DNA of 63,926 nucleotides, the filler included, from Octopus bimaculoides (lineage: Eukaryota), in NCBI RefSeq assembly GCF_001194135.2. It is 6 parts of 6 records of this genome, joined end to end, with 100 filler letters (N's around TTAATTAATTAA, not from the genome) between each part and the next. Parts side by side here need not be neighbours in the genome. Positions count along the whole stretch, not along the records: positions 47,476 to 57,758 come from NC_068994.1; positions 57,859 to 62,363 come from NC_068983.1; 4 more parts are not named here. One strand, 5' to 3'. Numbering within the stretch: the first letter of the stretch is position 1; the number at the start of each line of letters is the position of its first letter. The notes beneath the pieces were generated by a model. The model was not told where the DNA came from. It saw nothing but the letters and a program-made list of their open reading frames with translations, and made no database searches. Shown in pieces: positions 49,243 through 62,463 of this stretch. A program made the position numbers and the translations under genes.

Positions 49243-50903
49243 AATAAATTAGCTAAATTTTCCTTTTTTTTTTTTGGCCAACGTTTTCAACTTCAAAATG
49301 TAGGTTTCCATATTTTTTTTTTTTTTNNNNNNNNNNNNNNNNNNNNNNNNNNNNNNNNNNNNNNNNNNNNNNNNNNNNNNNNNNNNNNNNNNNNNNNNNN
49401 NNNNNNNNNNNNNNNNNNNNNNNNNNNNNNNNNNNNNNNNNNNNNNNNNNNNNNNNNNNNNNNNNNNNNNNNNNNNNNNNNNNNNNNNNNNNNNNNNNNN
49501 NNNNNNNNNNNNNNNNNNNNNNNNNNNNNNNNNNNNNNNNNNNNNNNNNNNNNNNNNNNNNNNNNNNNNNNNNNNNNNNNNNNNNNNNNNNNNNNNNNNN
49601 NNNNNNNNNNNNNNNNNNNNNNNNNNNNNNNNNNNNNNNNNNNNNNNNNNNNNNNNNNNNNNNNNNNNNNNNNNNNNNNNNNNNNNNNNNNNNNNNNNNN
49701 NNNNNNNNNNNNNNNNNNNNNNNNNNNNNNNNNNNNNNNNNNNNNNNNNNNNNNNNNNNNNNNNNNNNNNNNNNNNNNNNNNNNNNNNNNNNNNNNNNNN
49801 NNNNNNNNNNNNNNNNNNNNNNNNNNNNNNNNNNNNNNNNNNNNNNNNNNNNNNNNNNNNNNNNNNNNNNNNNNNNNNNNNNNNNNNNNNNNNNNNNNNN
49901 NNNNNNNNNNNNNNNNNNNNNNNNNNNNNNNNNNNNNNNNNNNNNNNNNNNNNNNNNNNNNNNNNNNNNNNNNNNNNNNNNNNNNNNNNNNNNNNNNNNN
50001 NNNNNNNNNNNNNNNNNNNNNNNNNNNNNNNNNNNNNNNNNNNNNNNNNNNNNNNNNNNNNNNNNNNNNNNNNNNNNNNNNNNNNNNNNNNNNNNNNNNN
50101 NNNNNNNNNNNNNNNNNNNNNNNNNNNNNNNNNNNNNNNNNNNNNNNNNNNNNNNNNNNNNNNNNNNNNNNNNNNNNNNNNNNNNNNNNNNNNNNNNTTT
50201 TGGTGTCCTATCACTCGACGCCAAAAATCTCAAATGACCCCCACAAACACATGCCACCTGCACTTACAGCAAGCTCAGCCTGACTGAAACTCCCTTCTGC
50301 TGCATAATGAAAAAAAAAAAAAATGTTGAGCACTTGCTAAACAAAAGTTTCCGTGCCCTGGTACACAAAGCTGTACAAAATGTACCGCGATACGCACGAT
50401 GTAGCGCGCAAAAAGAAAATAAATCTTTTACTTTTTTTTTTGGAGGGGAGTGGGGGTTACATATAAACTAAAAGTAACATGGCCATGGTATTTCTTTCTT
50501 CTCCACCAGAGATAATATTTAACTGCTTCAATATAGACGGAATAAAATAGATATCAAGATTTTGTTTGTCTGTCTGTGCGTCCCTCTCTTTCAAGGAGGA
50601 CGCGTTAAGCACAAACAATAACATGATTAAGCACAGTTGATACTTGACCTTGCTCCATATCAGGTGTCTATTAGTTGCCTAGGTGTGTTTTAGGTTGTAA
50701 TTAGATACCTGTGTATACGTACCTACCATGACAGTTGTGCAGGCTACAGGTATGTATGTATGTATGTATGTATGCATGAATGTATATATGCATGTGTGTC
50801 CGTCCACTCATCTATACATACATAAGCACGTGTAGGGTCCGCAATGTTATAACTGGAAGTATTTCTACTTACAAACTAACTTTACGGACACTATACATGC
50901 GCT

Positions 50904-50937
<34 letters not shown>

Positions 50938-51143
50938 CATATATACATACGTGTGTGTGTGTAAGCACAGATGATCATTGTAAGAAATGAAAACTGATCT
51001 ACATACACAAACTCTGCACACAATTCAGAAGACAACGGCGAGGAAGAATCGTTTTCCCTTACCTTATTTTACAAGATTTAATATTATTATTGTTTCTCCC
51101 CTCTTTGATGAATCTTTTTTTTTATCGTGGTCATTAATTATTA

Positions 51144-51174
<31 letters not shown>

Positions 51175-51566
51175 ATGCAGCAAATAAATAATTTAGAAAC
51201 CAACAGTAAAACAAGAAACGCTGACATTTTTAACCTTTTGTCATGACATACACACGTCATATATATATAAGGTGGCTGCTAGTGAGCGCCAGCATTGCTA
51301 GAAATAAGAGTCAAAACAACGTTGGTGCTGACTAGCACCCTCCGTCACTTTAGTGACGACTATACTTCTTATCGATATATATATATATATATACACACAC
51401 ATACATACATACAACCAGCTGAAACTGCAGAGATAATCTGGAACTCGACTGACGAAAGAAAACTCCGAATGACCAGCCCTTGTTTTGTTCAGGTCCCTTT
51501 TTGTATCATCCAACTGTCTGGATGTTTTATTGTTGCCTGCCGCGTTCTTGTCCCACTTTTTGCATT

Positions 51567-51601
<35 letters not shown>

Positions 51602-52671
51602 CACACACATATATACCCATTCACATAAATGCCGCGACTATTCATGCGCATTTTTCATATACAAAGCTCGCAAACTGTAATACAGGAATTCACACATGTA
51701 CAGCAAGACATTCTGGGAAAAAGTCATGTAAATAATANNNNNNNNNNNNNNNNNNNNNNNNNNNNNNNNNNNNNNNNNNNNNNNNNNNNNNNNNNNNNNN
51801 NNNNNNNNNNNNNNNNNNNNNNNNNNNNNNNNNNNNNNNNNNNNNNNNNNNNNNNNNNNNNNNNNNNNNNNNNNNNNNNNNNNNNNNNNNNNNNNNNNNN
51901 NNNNNNNNNNNNNNNNNNNNNNNNNNNNNNNNNNNNNNNNNNNNNNNNNNNNNNNNNNNNNNNNNNNNNNNNNNNNNNNNNNNNNNNNNNNNNNNNNNNN
52001 NNNNNNNNNNNNNNNNNNNNNNNNNNNNNNNNNNNNNNNNNNNNNNNNNNNNNNNNNNNNNNNNNNNNNNNNNNNNNNNNNNNNNNNNNNNNNNNNNNNN
52101 NNNNNNNNNNNNNNNNNNNNNNNNNNNNNNNNNNNNNNNNNNNNNNNNNNNNNNNNNNNNNNNNNNNNNNNNNNNNNNNNNNNNNNNNNNNNNNNNNNNN
52201 NNNNNNNNNNNNNNNNNNNNNNNNNNNNNNNNNNNNNNNNNNNNNNNNNNNNNNNNNNNNNNNNNNNNNNNNNNNNNNNNNNNNNNNNNNNNNNNNNNNN
52301 NNNNNNNNNNNNNNNNNNNNNNNNNNNNNNNNNNNNNNNNNNNNNNNNNNNNNNNNNNNNNNNNNNNNNNNNNNNNNNNNNNNNNNNNNNNNNNNNNNNN
52401 NNNNNNNNNNNNNNNNNNNNNNNNNNNNNNNNNNNNNNNNNNNNNNNNNNNNNNNNNNNNNNNNNNNNNNNNNNNNNNNNNNNNNNNNNNNNNNNNNNNN
52501 NNNNNNNNNNNNNNNNNNNNTTGGCCAAATTTGGACATACGACAGTTTAACATAATAGCAACGATACATATATCAGATTTGTAAATATTTGCTGGAATAA
52601 AAAAAATTTCTAAATCAGCAATTTCAGGCAGTTATATTACTTTCTTCATCATCATTAATATTATTATTATT

Positions 52672-52930
52672 GGGCAACGAGCTGGCAAGAAACATTAGCA
52701 TGCCAGTGGAAAGTGTTTAAGAGTTCAAATTCCGCCATGGCTGACTTTGCCCTCCATCCTTTCCGGATCGACAAAATAAGTACTATGTCATATGCTCGCA
52801 AAATGTCCGGCCTTGTGCCAATAAATGGCAGAATGGATTGACGGAGTTGTTAGTGCAATGGACAAAATATTTTGTAGAATTTGTCCTGGTGATGCAGACT
52901 CTGAATTCAAATACCTCAGGTCAACTTAAC
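52672..52930 (+). mobile_element. Two decayed SINE B copies
   Basis: ggcaacgagctggcaag..cattagc, gagttcaaattccgcc, aaataagtac, ggccttgtgcc. A second head follows near 52825. Confidence 0.65.
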
Positions 52931-54934
52931 AAAAGACAGAAGAAAGACTAATTCCGACTGGTGCTTACATTTCTTGCAGACGCCTCCAGCACATAAGAGA
53001 GACAGAGGGAGGAAGTAAGTGATTGCATGATTCTTATCCTTTTCTCAAATGCTTAAAATTGTGTAGTGAATTGAAATGGCTTAAATATACACATCACACA
53101 ACCTTACAAACTTAATATGGACGGCCAGTAAGTGTGTTTATATAGAGAACATTCACGCCAACAAGCAATGCAGCAGAGCAGAAAGCAAAAAGCGGCTAAA
53201 TACACACACACACACAGGAACAAATGACAAGAAGCACATACGAGGCATTAAAGAAATGCCCTCATCAGAATCAACCACCAACACTGAACACACAACGAAG
53301 GAAACTTCATATCTGCAAGGTTTTCCGCACCAAAGAGTTTAACTGAATTTCAAGCAGACACCAGAATTAATTATATATATATATCTGTTTATCATTTTGT
53401 CTATGTTTTGTTTGCAACGTCCTGTACCCAGATATGCATCTATATATACAGGTAGATGTAACTATGTACATATATATGCATATACTCATTTATTATTTGT
53501 ATTATATATATATACATACAGAGAGAGAGACTTGAAAGGTCTTTTTAATAAAATAAATTTAAATATTTGTTCTCTTTGTAGATCATATTCCAAACAGCCC
53601 ATGCATTTCAATAAATTTAGAGAGATTTTTAGTAAAATAAATTAACTTTCATTTTTCCTGTTTGGGAAAAAAGTTCTTACATGAAACTACACAGAAAGGT
53701 TTTTGCTTTTTTAATACTTAATTACAATTTAAAACTAGTATTTTTTTAAATATCATATCATTATTAGAACCAGGTGGTCTTTGGTGGCAGCTGCGGTAGT
53801 AGTGGTGGTGGGGGTTTGATAACAGTATTTTCTACCCCCCCCCCCACCAGACCTCCTCCTAAATGCATCTTCCAAATTAAAAGCTTAACCAACTTGATAG
53901 ATTAACAGACTTGTCTTATCTAAATACGGTTGCAAAACATGGCAAAGCATTTTTAGCTCATTCCTATCGCATTTAATACATCCAGACAGCAATTACTTAG
54001 ATTGGCATCAGACCACAAATTGAAGGGAGAACGTGAGGGTGGGGGGTGGAGGGTGCAGTCAGTTCGATTGAACCGAACCCCAGTGTATTACTGGTACCGT
54101 TGAGTTACCGTTATTACTGATTCGAATTTTTGTACGGCATAAGTTACAGGGACATAAACACACCAACACCGGTTGTCTACTATGTTGAAGATAATTGATG
54201 TTGGACACAGGGGTACAAGTAGGCACAAGATCGTAAATCCAGAAATGGTTATGGTGGTGCGTGTAGTTCATTAAATAATCAACACTTGTGCATGGACTGG
54301 TATTTTAAGTTTACTGACCCCAGAAGGATGACAGGTAGAGTTGACCTCCACAGTACTTGAACACAAGATATATAAAGTTATCTCTATAGAATTTGTATAG
54401 AAAATCTATAGAGATAACTTTAAATAAAAAGTACATAAATGCTAGAGACAATGTACTTATTTAAAAAAAAAAAAATTTCTACCAAACAACAGTGACTCTA
54501 CCATAATACAGTCGTTCAAGTTCAAACACACAATAGCAAAATCCAAGCAATTACCAAATATCCAAGTGCCTAAAGCTACCATTACAAGGTTCGAACCATG
54601 CCAAGGTCAACTTTGCCTTTTGTAACTTTGGGGGTAGATTTTAAAAATTATCAGTCAGAGAAGCATCAGATCACAAATTGAAGAGAGAACGTGGGGGTGG
54701 GGTGGAGGGTGCAAGTCAGTTCGATTGAACTGAAACCCCAGTGTATTACTAGTACTGTTCAGTTATCATCATCACCATTATTATTGATAATACTAACGAT
54801 CCCGCTCATCAGAATTGCTGGTCTTGAGCCTAAATTAGAAATGATTATTATCATTGATGTGAATTTGGTTTTGCACCACTTCCTCTTCACCAAAACATTG
54901 TCAGTTTGAGATTGCCAACTCGCTTTTTTTTTCC

Positions 54935-55283
54935 TATCTTTTATTTGTTTCAGACATTAGTCTGAGGCCATGCTGGGGTACCGCGACTTGAAGAATTTTT
55001 AGTCGACTGAATCAAAGCCAGCACTTATTTCCATTTTTTTCTCTTTTCTTTTTTTTTGTTAAACCTGGTACCTATTCTATCAGTTACTTTTGCCGAACCG
55101 CTAAGTTACAGGGATATAAACACAGGCACAACAGCATGCATACGAGCTTCTTCCAGTTTCTGTCTACCAAATCCACTCACAAGACTTTGATTGGCCTGAG
55201 ACTATAGTAGAAGACACTTGCCCAAAGTGCCATGCAGTGGGACTGAAACTGGAACCATGTGGTTGGGAAGCAAGCTTCTTATC
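54935..55283 (-). mobile_element. SINE A
   Basis: Reverse complement of the family A head and tail. Confidence 0.8.
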
Positions 55284-56149
55284 ATATGTCCAGAACCTAT
55301 ATTTTTATACACACATACAGATCAGAATTCCACTATTACTATTATTGTTTCCATTATTATTATTATTATTATTTTCCTTACTACTAATCATCATCCTCAT
55401 GTTTATGTTTGGCCCCTTATAAATTTGGCCGATCCTCTTACATTCCTTACTGAAGAGGTTGTATCACACTTTCAGAAACATGTCTTGATGCATTTCTCAC
55501 TTGTGTGTGTCTGTGAGCTTTCTCATATTCTTACTCACCTGTCAAATCAGTCTTCAGAGAGAAGCACGCGAGGTCTTCTAATAATCTCTACTTGACGTCA
55601 GTTCAGCCCCAGAAGGTTGCTCTCTACACACAGAACATAGTTAAATAAAGACTACACACTTAACAATTGATCAGAGTTAAAGGCTGGAAATGTTAAGGCA
55701 AGAGAAGAACAAAATGGAATAGACAAAACAAGAGGAGACATATGGGAGAGTGAGTTGCAGAAGAGGTCACAGTATGTGGCAAAAGAACTTTGACAGACAA
55801 ACTAAAGTGAAGATCAAATAGTGCATATGTTTAATTAGCAAAAAATGACCATCCCCAACTATATGAGTGTGTGTACACACACACACTGTGTCTATATGTA
55901 CATATATGCACTTAATGTAAATCATCAAATTTAAAGACTTAATTGCTGTTAGATAATTAATGACATGGTATGTTGGCCAAGTATTTGTAAAGCAGCAGAA
56001 AGTTCTGCTTGATACAATCAAACCCCACATGATTGGAATCTCAAATGTAAAGGTGTCTAAATAAAATGATGATGATAATAATAATAATAATATATTCTTA
56101 TACAGACACAAAGCCATAGGATTTCAAAGAGAAGGGTGTATGTATTCAA

Positions 56150-56462
56150 GTTAACCCAGAAAGGCGAAGTTGACCCAGGCAGAATTTGAACTCAGAACAT
56201 CAAGACAGATGAAATAGCATTAAGCGTTTTACCTGGGGCGCTAACAACTCTGCTTACCACCTTAATAATAATAATAATAATAATAATAATAGTTTCAAAT
56301 TTTGCCACAAGGGCAACAATTTTGGTACTTATCTCATCGACCCCCAAAAGGACAAAAGGCAAAGTTGACTAGGTGGAATTTGAACTCAGAACATAAAGAC
56401 AGACAAAATCCCGCTAAGCACTTCGCCCAGTGTGTTAACATTTCTGTCAGCTCACCACCATA
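56150..56462 (-). mobile_element. Two decayed SINE B copies separated by (AAT)n
   Basis: Twice gaatttgaactcagaac...agac...aagc.tt...gctaac. Confidence 0.75.
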
Positions 56463-57120
56463 ATAATAATTGATATTAATAATAATAATAACAATAAAGA
56501 TTTTGATAATTACTTTCAAACTTAAGTCTAATGCTACAAGTTTTGGGTAGAGGGGGTAAGTTATATCAACCTTAGAAAGCAATGTTGATCATGGAAAAAT
56601 TTAAAAAACAAAAATCATACAGAAGGAATGTAACTAAATATCCCTTCTTCCTTACTGATTGTACTAATCTAAATAATAATAATAATACTTCTATGACCAT
56701 AGTACATGATAATAGTAACCCCATCCCAGGATACAGTGGTTCACCTTTCCCCCCCAGTGCATTTTCTTTTGGCTCATGTTTCACTTGATTCACACAGCTT
56801 TTTTTGTTAAATTAGAAGGGCATGCGCAATGGAGGGGGGTAACACACACACATACACATGCGCACAAAAAACCCTTCCCGCCCTCTCTCATGTACACACA
56901 CACACAAAAAGTATATCTCCACCTCCCCTTCGAAACATGGTTATGATGGCCTGCAGGCATATGTACATTTTTCAAAATAAAATAATAATAAAAAAAAAAA
57001 ATTTTAATTTAAAAAAAAAAAACGTGATTTTAAAATAAAAGATGAAAAAAAAAAAACAATAATGATAATAATAATAATATTAATAATAATAATAATAGTA
57101 AAACAGTATTAACATTTTTA

Positions 57121-57650
57121 TCACCTATTGACATTCAATAAAATTTCAATCCAGCACGGACAAGAAGTTATGAACTGTCTAGAGTAACAAGGACCCCAGC
57201 CTTTTGCAAAGCTGATCCGGATGGAACTGGGGTCATAAGGCCCGTCTAAATACTGAGGATCTCGGATTGCTTCAAACTGTTCCGAACATTTATAGTCAAA
57301 AATTTTGATTGAATATCCGGGCATAACTTTCCGTACCACCAGCGCTCGGCTGTTAGGGGTCTCCAGCGTGGGCGAGTTGACGAAAATCGGGCAAGATGAA
57401 CGGTTGTATGCCCATACGCCGTTGCCCTCTTTGCTTAGTATGATTCCGAGCCCCAGCTTCTCGCGGGTCCGCCGAACGGCCTCCTGGCTGGACTCGGTCT
57501 GTAGAATATCGAGGCACATGCCGTCACCATGAGGTAAGAGTTGAAATATGTTTATGGTTGGTTGCTGCACACGGAATAACCGTCCCACTCGCTCCTTCAT
57601 TTCCCAGTATGCGATGCTGCACCAATAGTTCTGTGTACCATTGACACCAT
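57121..57650 (-). CDS. SMAD6/7: Last coding exon (MH2 domain) of an inhibitory Smad (Smad6/7, Dad-like)
   Basis: Long pyrimidine tract plus cgcAG acceptor, phase 1. [18 protein letters not shown]...[15 protein letters not shown]...[31 protein letters not shown]. No C-terminal SSxS, which indicates the I-Smad class. Confidence 0.92.
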
Positions 57651-57726
57651 CTGCGGAAGTAAAAAAACAAAAGAAAAAGAAAAATTAGTACAGCTTTGAG
57701 GGTCAAAGACAGAAGTTTCTTCACTC

Positions 57727-57758
<32 letters not shown>

Positions 57759-57924
57759 NNNNNNNNNNNNNNNNNNNNNNNNNNNNNNNNNNNNNNNNNN
57801 NNTTAATTAATTAANNNNNNNNNNNNNNNNNNNNNNNNNNNNNNNNNNNNNNNNNNNNTTTATGTATGTATGTATGTACGTATGCGTGTGTATATCTATA
57901 TATGTTTGTTTCTTTGTCAAGCAA

Positions 57925-58330
57925 AACGAAAGTAAATGTTTCAGGGGAAGCTATTATGCTATTGCCTAATTTGTCTCAACAAAAATTATGCAATAGTACA
58001 ACACTAACTGTGCCCAAACTTATGAGGAACTGCATTGAGGCAAATATTCTCACTGGTTGTGGTAAAGGTGACACCGTCTTCGTTCCTCGCATACCAGTTA
58101 TACCATCTAATGTCTCATTCCAATTTAAGCCGTTACAATTTCCTATCCCACTTTCTTTTGCCATGAGCATTAATAAATCTCAGGGCCAAACACTAAAAGT
58201 TGCCGGACTGCAACTTGAAGAACTATGCTTTTCATATGGCCAACCTTATACAGGAGCATCACGTGTGGGAGTAAAAGCAACTCTTTTTACTTATGCACAT
58301 CGAAATAAAACAAAAAAAACATTGTTTATA
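57925..58330 (+). mobile_element. Helitron PIF1-helicase C-terminal fragment (in the Smad intron)
   Basis: IEANILTG..KGDTVFVPRIP.IP....FQFK.LQFP..LSFAMSINKSQGQTL..AGL.L...CFSYGQ.Y.G.SRV. Confidence 0.85.
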
Positions 58331-59101
58331 AAGAAATATTCATTCTCTCACACACACGCACGCACAGCACACACAAACGCAGCTTCTACCAACCCCCTCT
58401 CAAAGGCCCAAAAGCAAAGGGTGAAAAAATCAGAAACGTAGACGAAACACCCCAAAGCATCCGAAATTGTCACGCATCAGCACATGCACCAAAATAACAC
58501 CAAGAACGGTTTAAAAAAAAACTCACAACCACCATCGTAATAACTAAATAACAACAGCAACAAGGAAACACACAGGAATAACAACAAAAAGAGGCGATAA
58601 GCAATAGCTAGAAGAATACTGAGCGAAACCTAGTAATCAGTTGATCTAGCAAGCGGGGCCTCATTTCGGTGAGTGAGCTGAAACAGCGCGCAATCTATCC
58701 TGATGACCACATACGCTTTCTAACATCCAGTATGTGGAGTTTTTAACAGGTAACACTTGCACCTGCAAGTTGTTTGTAAAAAAGATATTATTTTTTACCA
58801 AGAATAGTATTGCTAGTGACTTCGGTCATCTAAGCTGACATCGGAGCGTACGTGTATTGCTGACGTCATGAAAATTTATATCTTTTGAGATATAATGTGA
58901 AAAAATTCTTTTTGGTATAATGGATCTCGACGCAATAAAAGCTATAAATGATAGCGTGCAAATATTGGGTTAAAAGCCCTTTAAACAGCAAAGGTTGAAT
59001 GCTGACAGTGGGACTCAAACCCTATCTCCTGTAAACATGGCAGACAATGCTTCGAATTTCTACTCCTTTTAGAAACTCTGTGTGTGTATGTATGTGCGTG
59101 T

Positions 59102-59189
<88 letters not shown>

Positions 59190-59434
59190 GCGCGCGCCAG
59201 AACAGAAAAAGCTTATTACTGTTTCTGAAACAAGCACGATGGGTTGTGTATGTAACATTTATTACACATATCGTACATATACACAGATATATTCTATATA
59301 CTGCATTTAATTGCATACACCTTACACACTGATATATATTGCGTTCTTGTCCCTTTCTTTGTATCGTCTATCGGGATGTTTTGTCGTCCCTTTCTTGTAT
59401 CACCTAACTGTCTGGATGTTTTGTTGTCCTTTTA

Positions 59435-59465
59435 CCCTAACCCTAACCCTAACCCTAACCCTAAC
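59435..59465. repeat. Interstitial telomeric array (CCCTAA)5
   Basis: Five perfect CCCTAA units read directly. Confidence 0.9.
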
Positions 59466-59504
59466 TGTTTGGATCTTTTGCGTTCTTGTCCCATTTTGTA
59501 TTAA

Positions 59505-59564
<60 letters not shown>

Positions 59565-60174
59565 ACATTAGTATTCTTTTTTCTCTTCTTATCGTCGCCG
59601 TCGTCGTCATCATCATCATCACAGTCATCATTATCCTTATCATCATCTTTATTATTATTAATATTATCTTTATTATATTACCATATTCACATCTAAAAAT
59701 AGATAATATTTACAAGCCATTCACCTTCAAATTCTCACCCACCCATTTCTCTTTGCTTCTCTCTAATCTCTAAAGTATATCATAATAGACTCTGCTCAAA
59801 ATATATCTGGGCATGAATAGTCATAACTGATTTAATTGACAACGAAACAGTGAGAGGTTTCACTATAAAACAATCATTATATTGAGTTTACTTCCTGTCA
59901 ATAACTCGTACTGGATTCACCAGGAAAATGGCTGCCGCGAAACTATCTGCCAGGCTGTATAGCAACAGTCTTTCTCTTTCGATTCTCAAACAACTTCCGG
60001 GATCTGCTTACTTAATCATTTTGATATGAGAATGCACGTAAAGAGCTTTTAAGCTCCCGTGACTGCAGATAATTTCTGAAGAAAAATTATCCGCGAAAAG
60101 AAATTATCTTTGAGAGTTCAGGAAAGAAAGTTAAAATGCAGATCGAGGATATTTCTTTAAGGTATCGCTTTACC

Positions 60175-60758
60175 AACTCACATACGCATAGACACATTCA
60201 CACACGCTCATACACACATACATACCTATGTACATACACGCTTGCAAATATATCTACACGTTCATACAAGCTCACACACTTTTTATATTTGTTTTCAAAA
60301 ATACACGCACACACATATATATAGTTGTGCATACTCAGTAACATATGTGCATGGATAAATACATATATTGCAATATATGTATATTACATATATGCACACA
60401 CGCATAGACGTACATATGTACGTTTATATGCTATTTGGATATATTTCTCTTAAAACACATGTGCACATGTACATATGTACATCCATGTGTGCACACATGC
60501 ACATAAATGTATACACACATGTATATATACATACACTTATGCATGAGTATATAAGTACAGACTTACACATGCACATAAGCATACTGATATACATCTACAC
60601 ATACACACGTATACGCATTGGAATACATGTGTTTATGTACGGTGCAAATTCATACATATACAAGTACAGAGACATGCACACACATCCATTCGATCGAGCA
60701 CGTACATATATACATATATAGGCGTATTCTCAGAGGTACACTTACACTTACACACACA

Positions 60759-60800
<42 letters not shown>

Positions 60801-60955
60801 AACTCATAAACACACTTAACACACGTATACACATTCAGTATGCACACACATTACATACATGCACAAAGCACAAATGCACACAGCATGCATATACACATAC
60901 AAGGCTCATATACATACATATGCCACACATGCATACACACAAGATTTACACAATG
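60175..60955. repeat. Degenerate (CA/TA)-rich low-complexity field
   Basis: Direct inspection. Confidence 0.9.
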
Positions 60956-61059
60956 ATATGTAATACGAAGTTCCTAAGGAAAGAAATAAATACTAGCAAA
61001 CTGTGCTAAAGAAATGGAGGACAGTGTATTACTGGTATATATATTTCCTTAATGGCTAG

Positions 61060-61200
61060 TCCACATTACTTCGTAAGGAGTATAAGTCCAGTTTCCTGGT
61101 TTCTCTCGCGAATATATTCCTCACTGGCTGGGACGCCGATCTGCCGCTGGATTATTCATTTTTAACAGCTAAGTGAAATGAAGTGTTTTACTCAAGAATG
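61060..61200 (-). mobile_element. SINE C fragment
   Basis: Reverse complement similar to 48390-48500. Confidence 0.55.
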
Positions 61201-61392
61201 CTTCATTAACAGTAAAAGGACAATGTATAAAATAATTTTCAGTGGCATTTAAAATTATTAACATGAGGTACTGGAAAATTATTGCTTTTTCTTTTCTGCA
61301 AGGTAACTTGACTTCATAGAAATAGCAGATAATACTCTCGTAAATCACACCCTGTTATTGCAAATAAATGGATACGATTTTAGACATGCATA

Positions 61393-61855
61393 CGAGGTGC
61401 GTTCAAAATGTATATGACTTTATTTTTTTTCCCACCAAACTAATGCTGCGTGGGTAAAATCCTTTGGGTGAGAGTTGATGCCAACTTTCCTGCGCGAACG
61501 TTCCTGGCTGTTACATCTAGAGTGTAGTGCGCGCTCGTCGGGTTTTCGTTTTCACCGAACGCATCGAGCAGAGATATTGCATCAAGTTTTGCCAAAATCT
61601 CGGTGATGTTCAAACTCAAACCATCCAGAAGATTCAGCGGGCATTTAGCGATGGTGCCATGGGCAAAACTCAAATCAAGGAGTGTTACCACCGCTTCAAA
61701 TAAGGCTTGAAAATCTCAGGCAAACGCTCAGGCAAGCCAACCACATGTGGAAACGAGGAGCCGATTGAGATGGCTTGCCGAATAGTTATGAAAGACCATC
61801 GTATAAAGATCCAGGAAACTACTCACGAAGAGGGAATATTCACAGGATCAGTGAG
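61393..61855 (+). mobile_element. Mariner 5' fragment (TIR plus N-terminal HTH domains)
   Basis: TA-cgaggtgcgttcaaaa. IEQRYCIKFCQNLG..QTQTIQKIQRAF.D.AMGKTQIKECYHRFK, RSGKP, DHRI.I.E. Confidence 0.85.
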
Positions 61856-61991
61856 AAAATGCATAGAGAAAATGTATATTTTTTATAGCCTGCTCGTTAA
61901 ACGGAGCAAAATCGAGAGAGGAGATAAAATGCAGTCAAAAAAATTCCCACACATAAACTCATACATAATAATTACACATGTACAATCATAA

Positions 61992-62053
<62 letters not shown>

Positions 62054-62241
62054 ATTCGAACACAATCACTCACATATAAATCAACATATACATGTATCTG
62101 GTGTGTATGCATTATATATGTGTGTGTATGTATGTGTATGTGTTTATATATGTATATATGCTATGTATGCATGTATTTATGGGTGTGTATGTGTATATGT
62201 ACGTCATATACGCATGCACACAGACACACGCACATACAAAC

Positions 62242-62275
<34 letters not shown>

Positions 62276-62310
62276 ATGCATGTATGCATTTATAATATGG
62301 TTATATGTGT

Positions 62311-62363
<53 letters not shown>

Positions 62364-62463
62364 NNNNNNNNNNNNNNNNNNNNNNNNNNNNNNNNNNNNN
62401 NNNNNNNTTAATTAATTAANNNNNNNNNNNNNNNNNNNNNNNNNNNNNNNNNNNNNNNNNNNN

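Noticed and set aside
50270-50301. 32-nt micro-exon candidate on the minus strand (and a 35-nt one on plus near 52980)
   Set aside because: Splice signals only, with no coding similarity.
53235-53272. Minus-strand CUGAUGA followed by a hairpin
   Set aside because: GUAU instead of GAAA, and no stem I.
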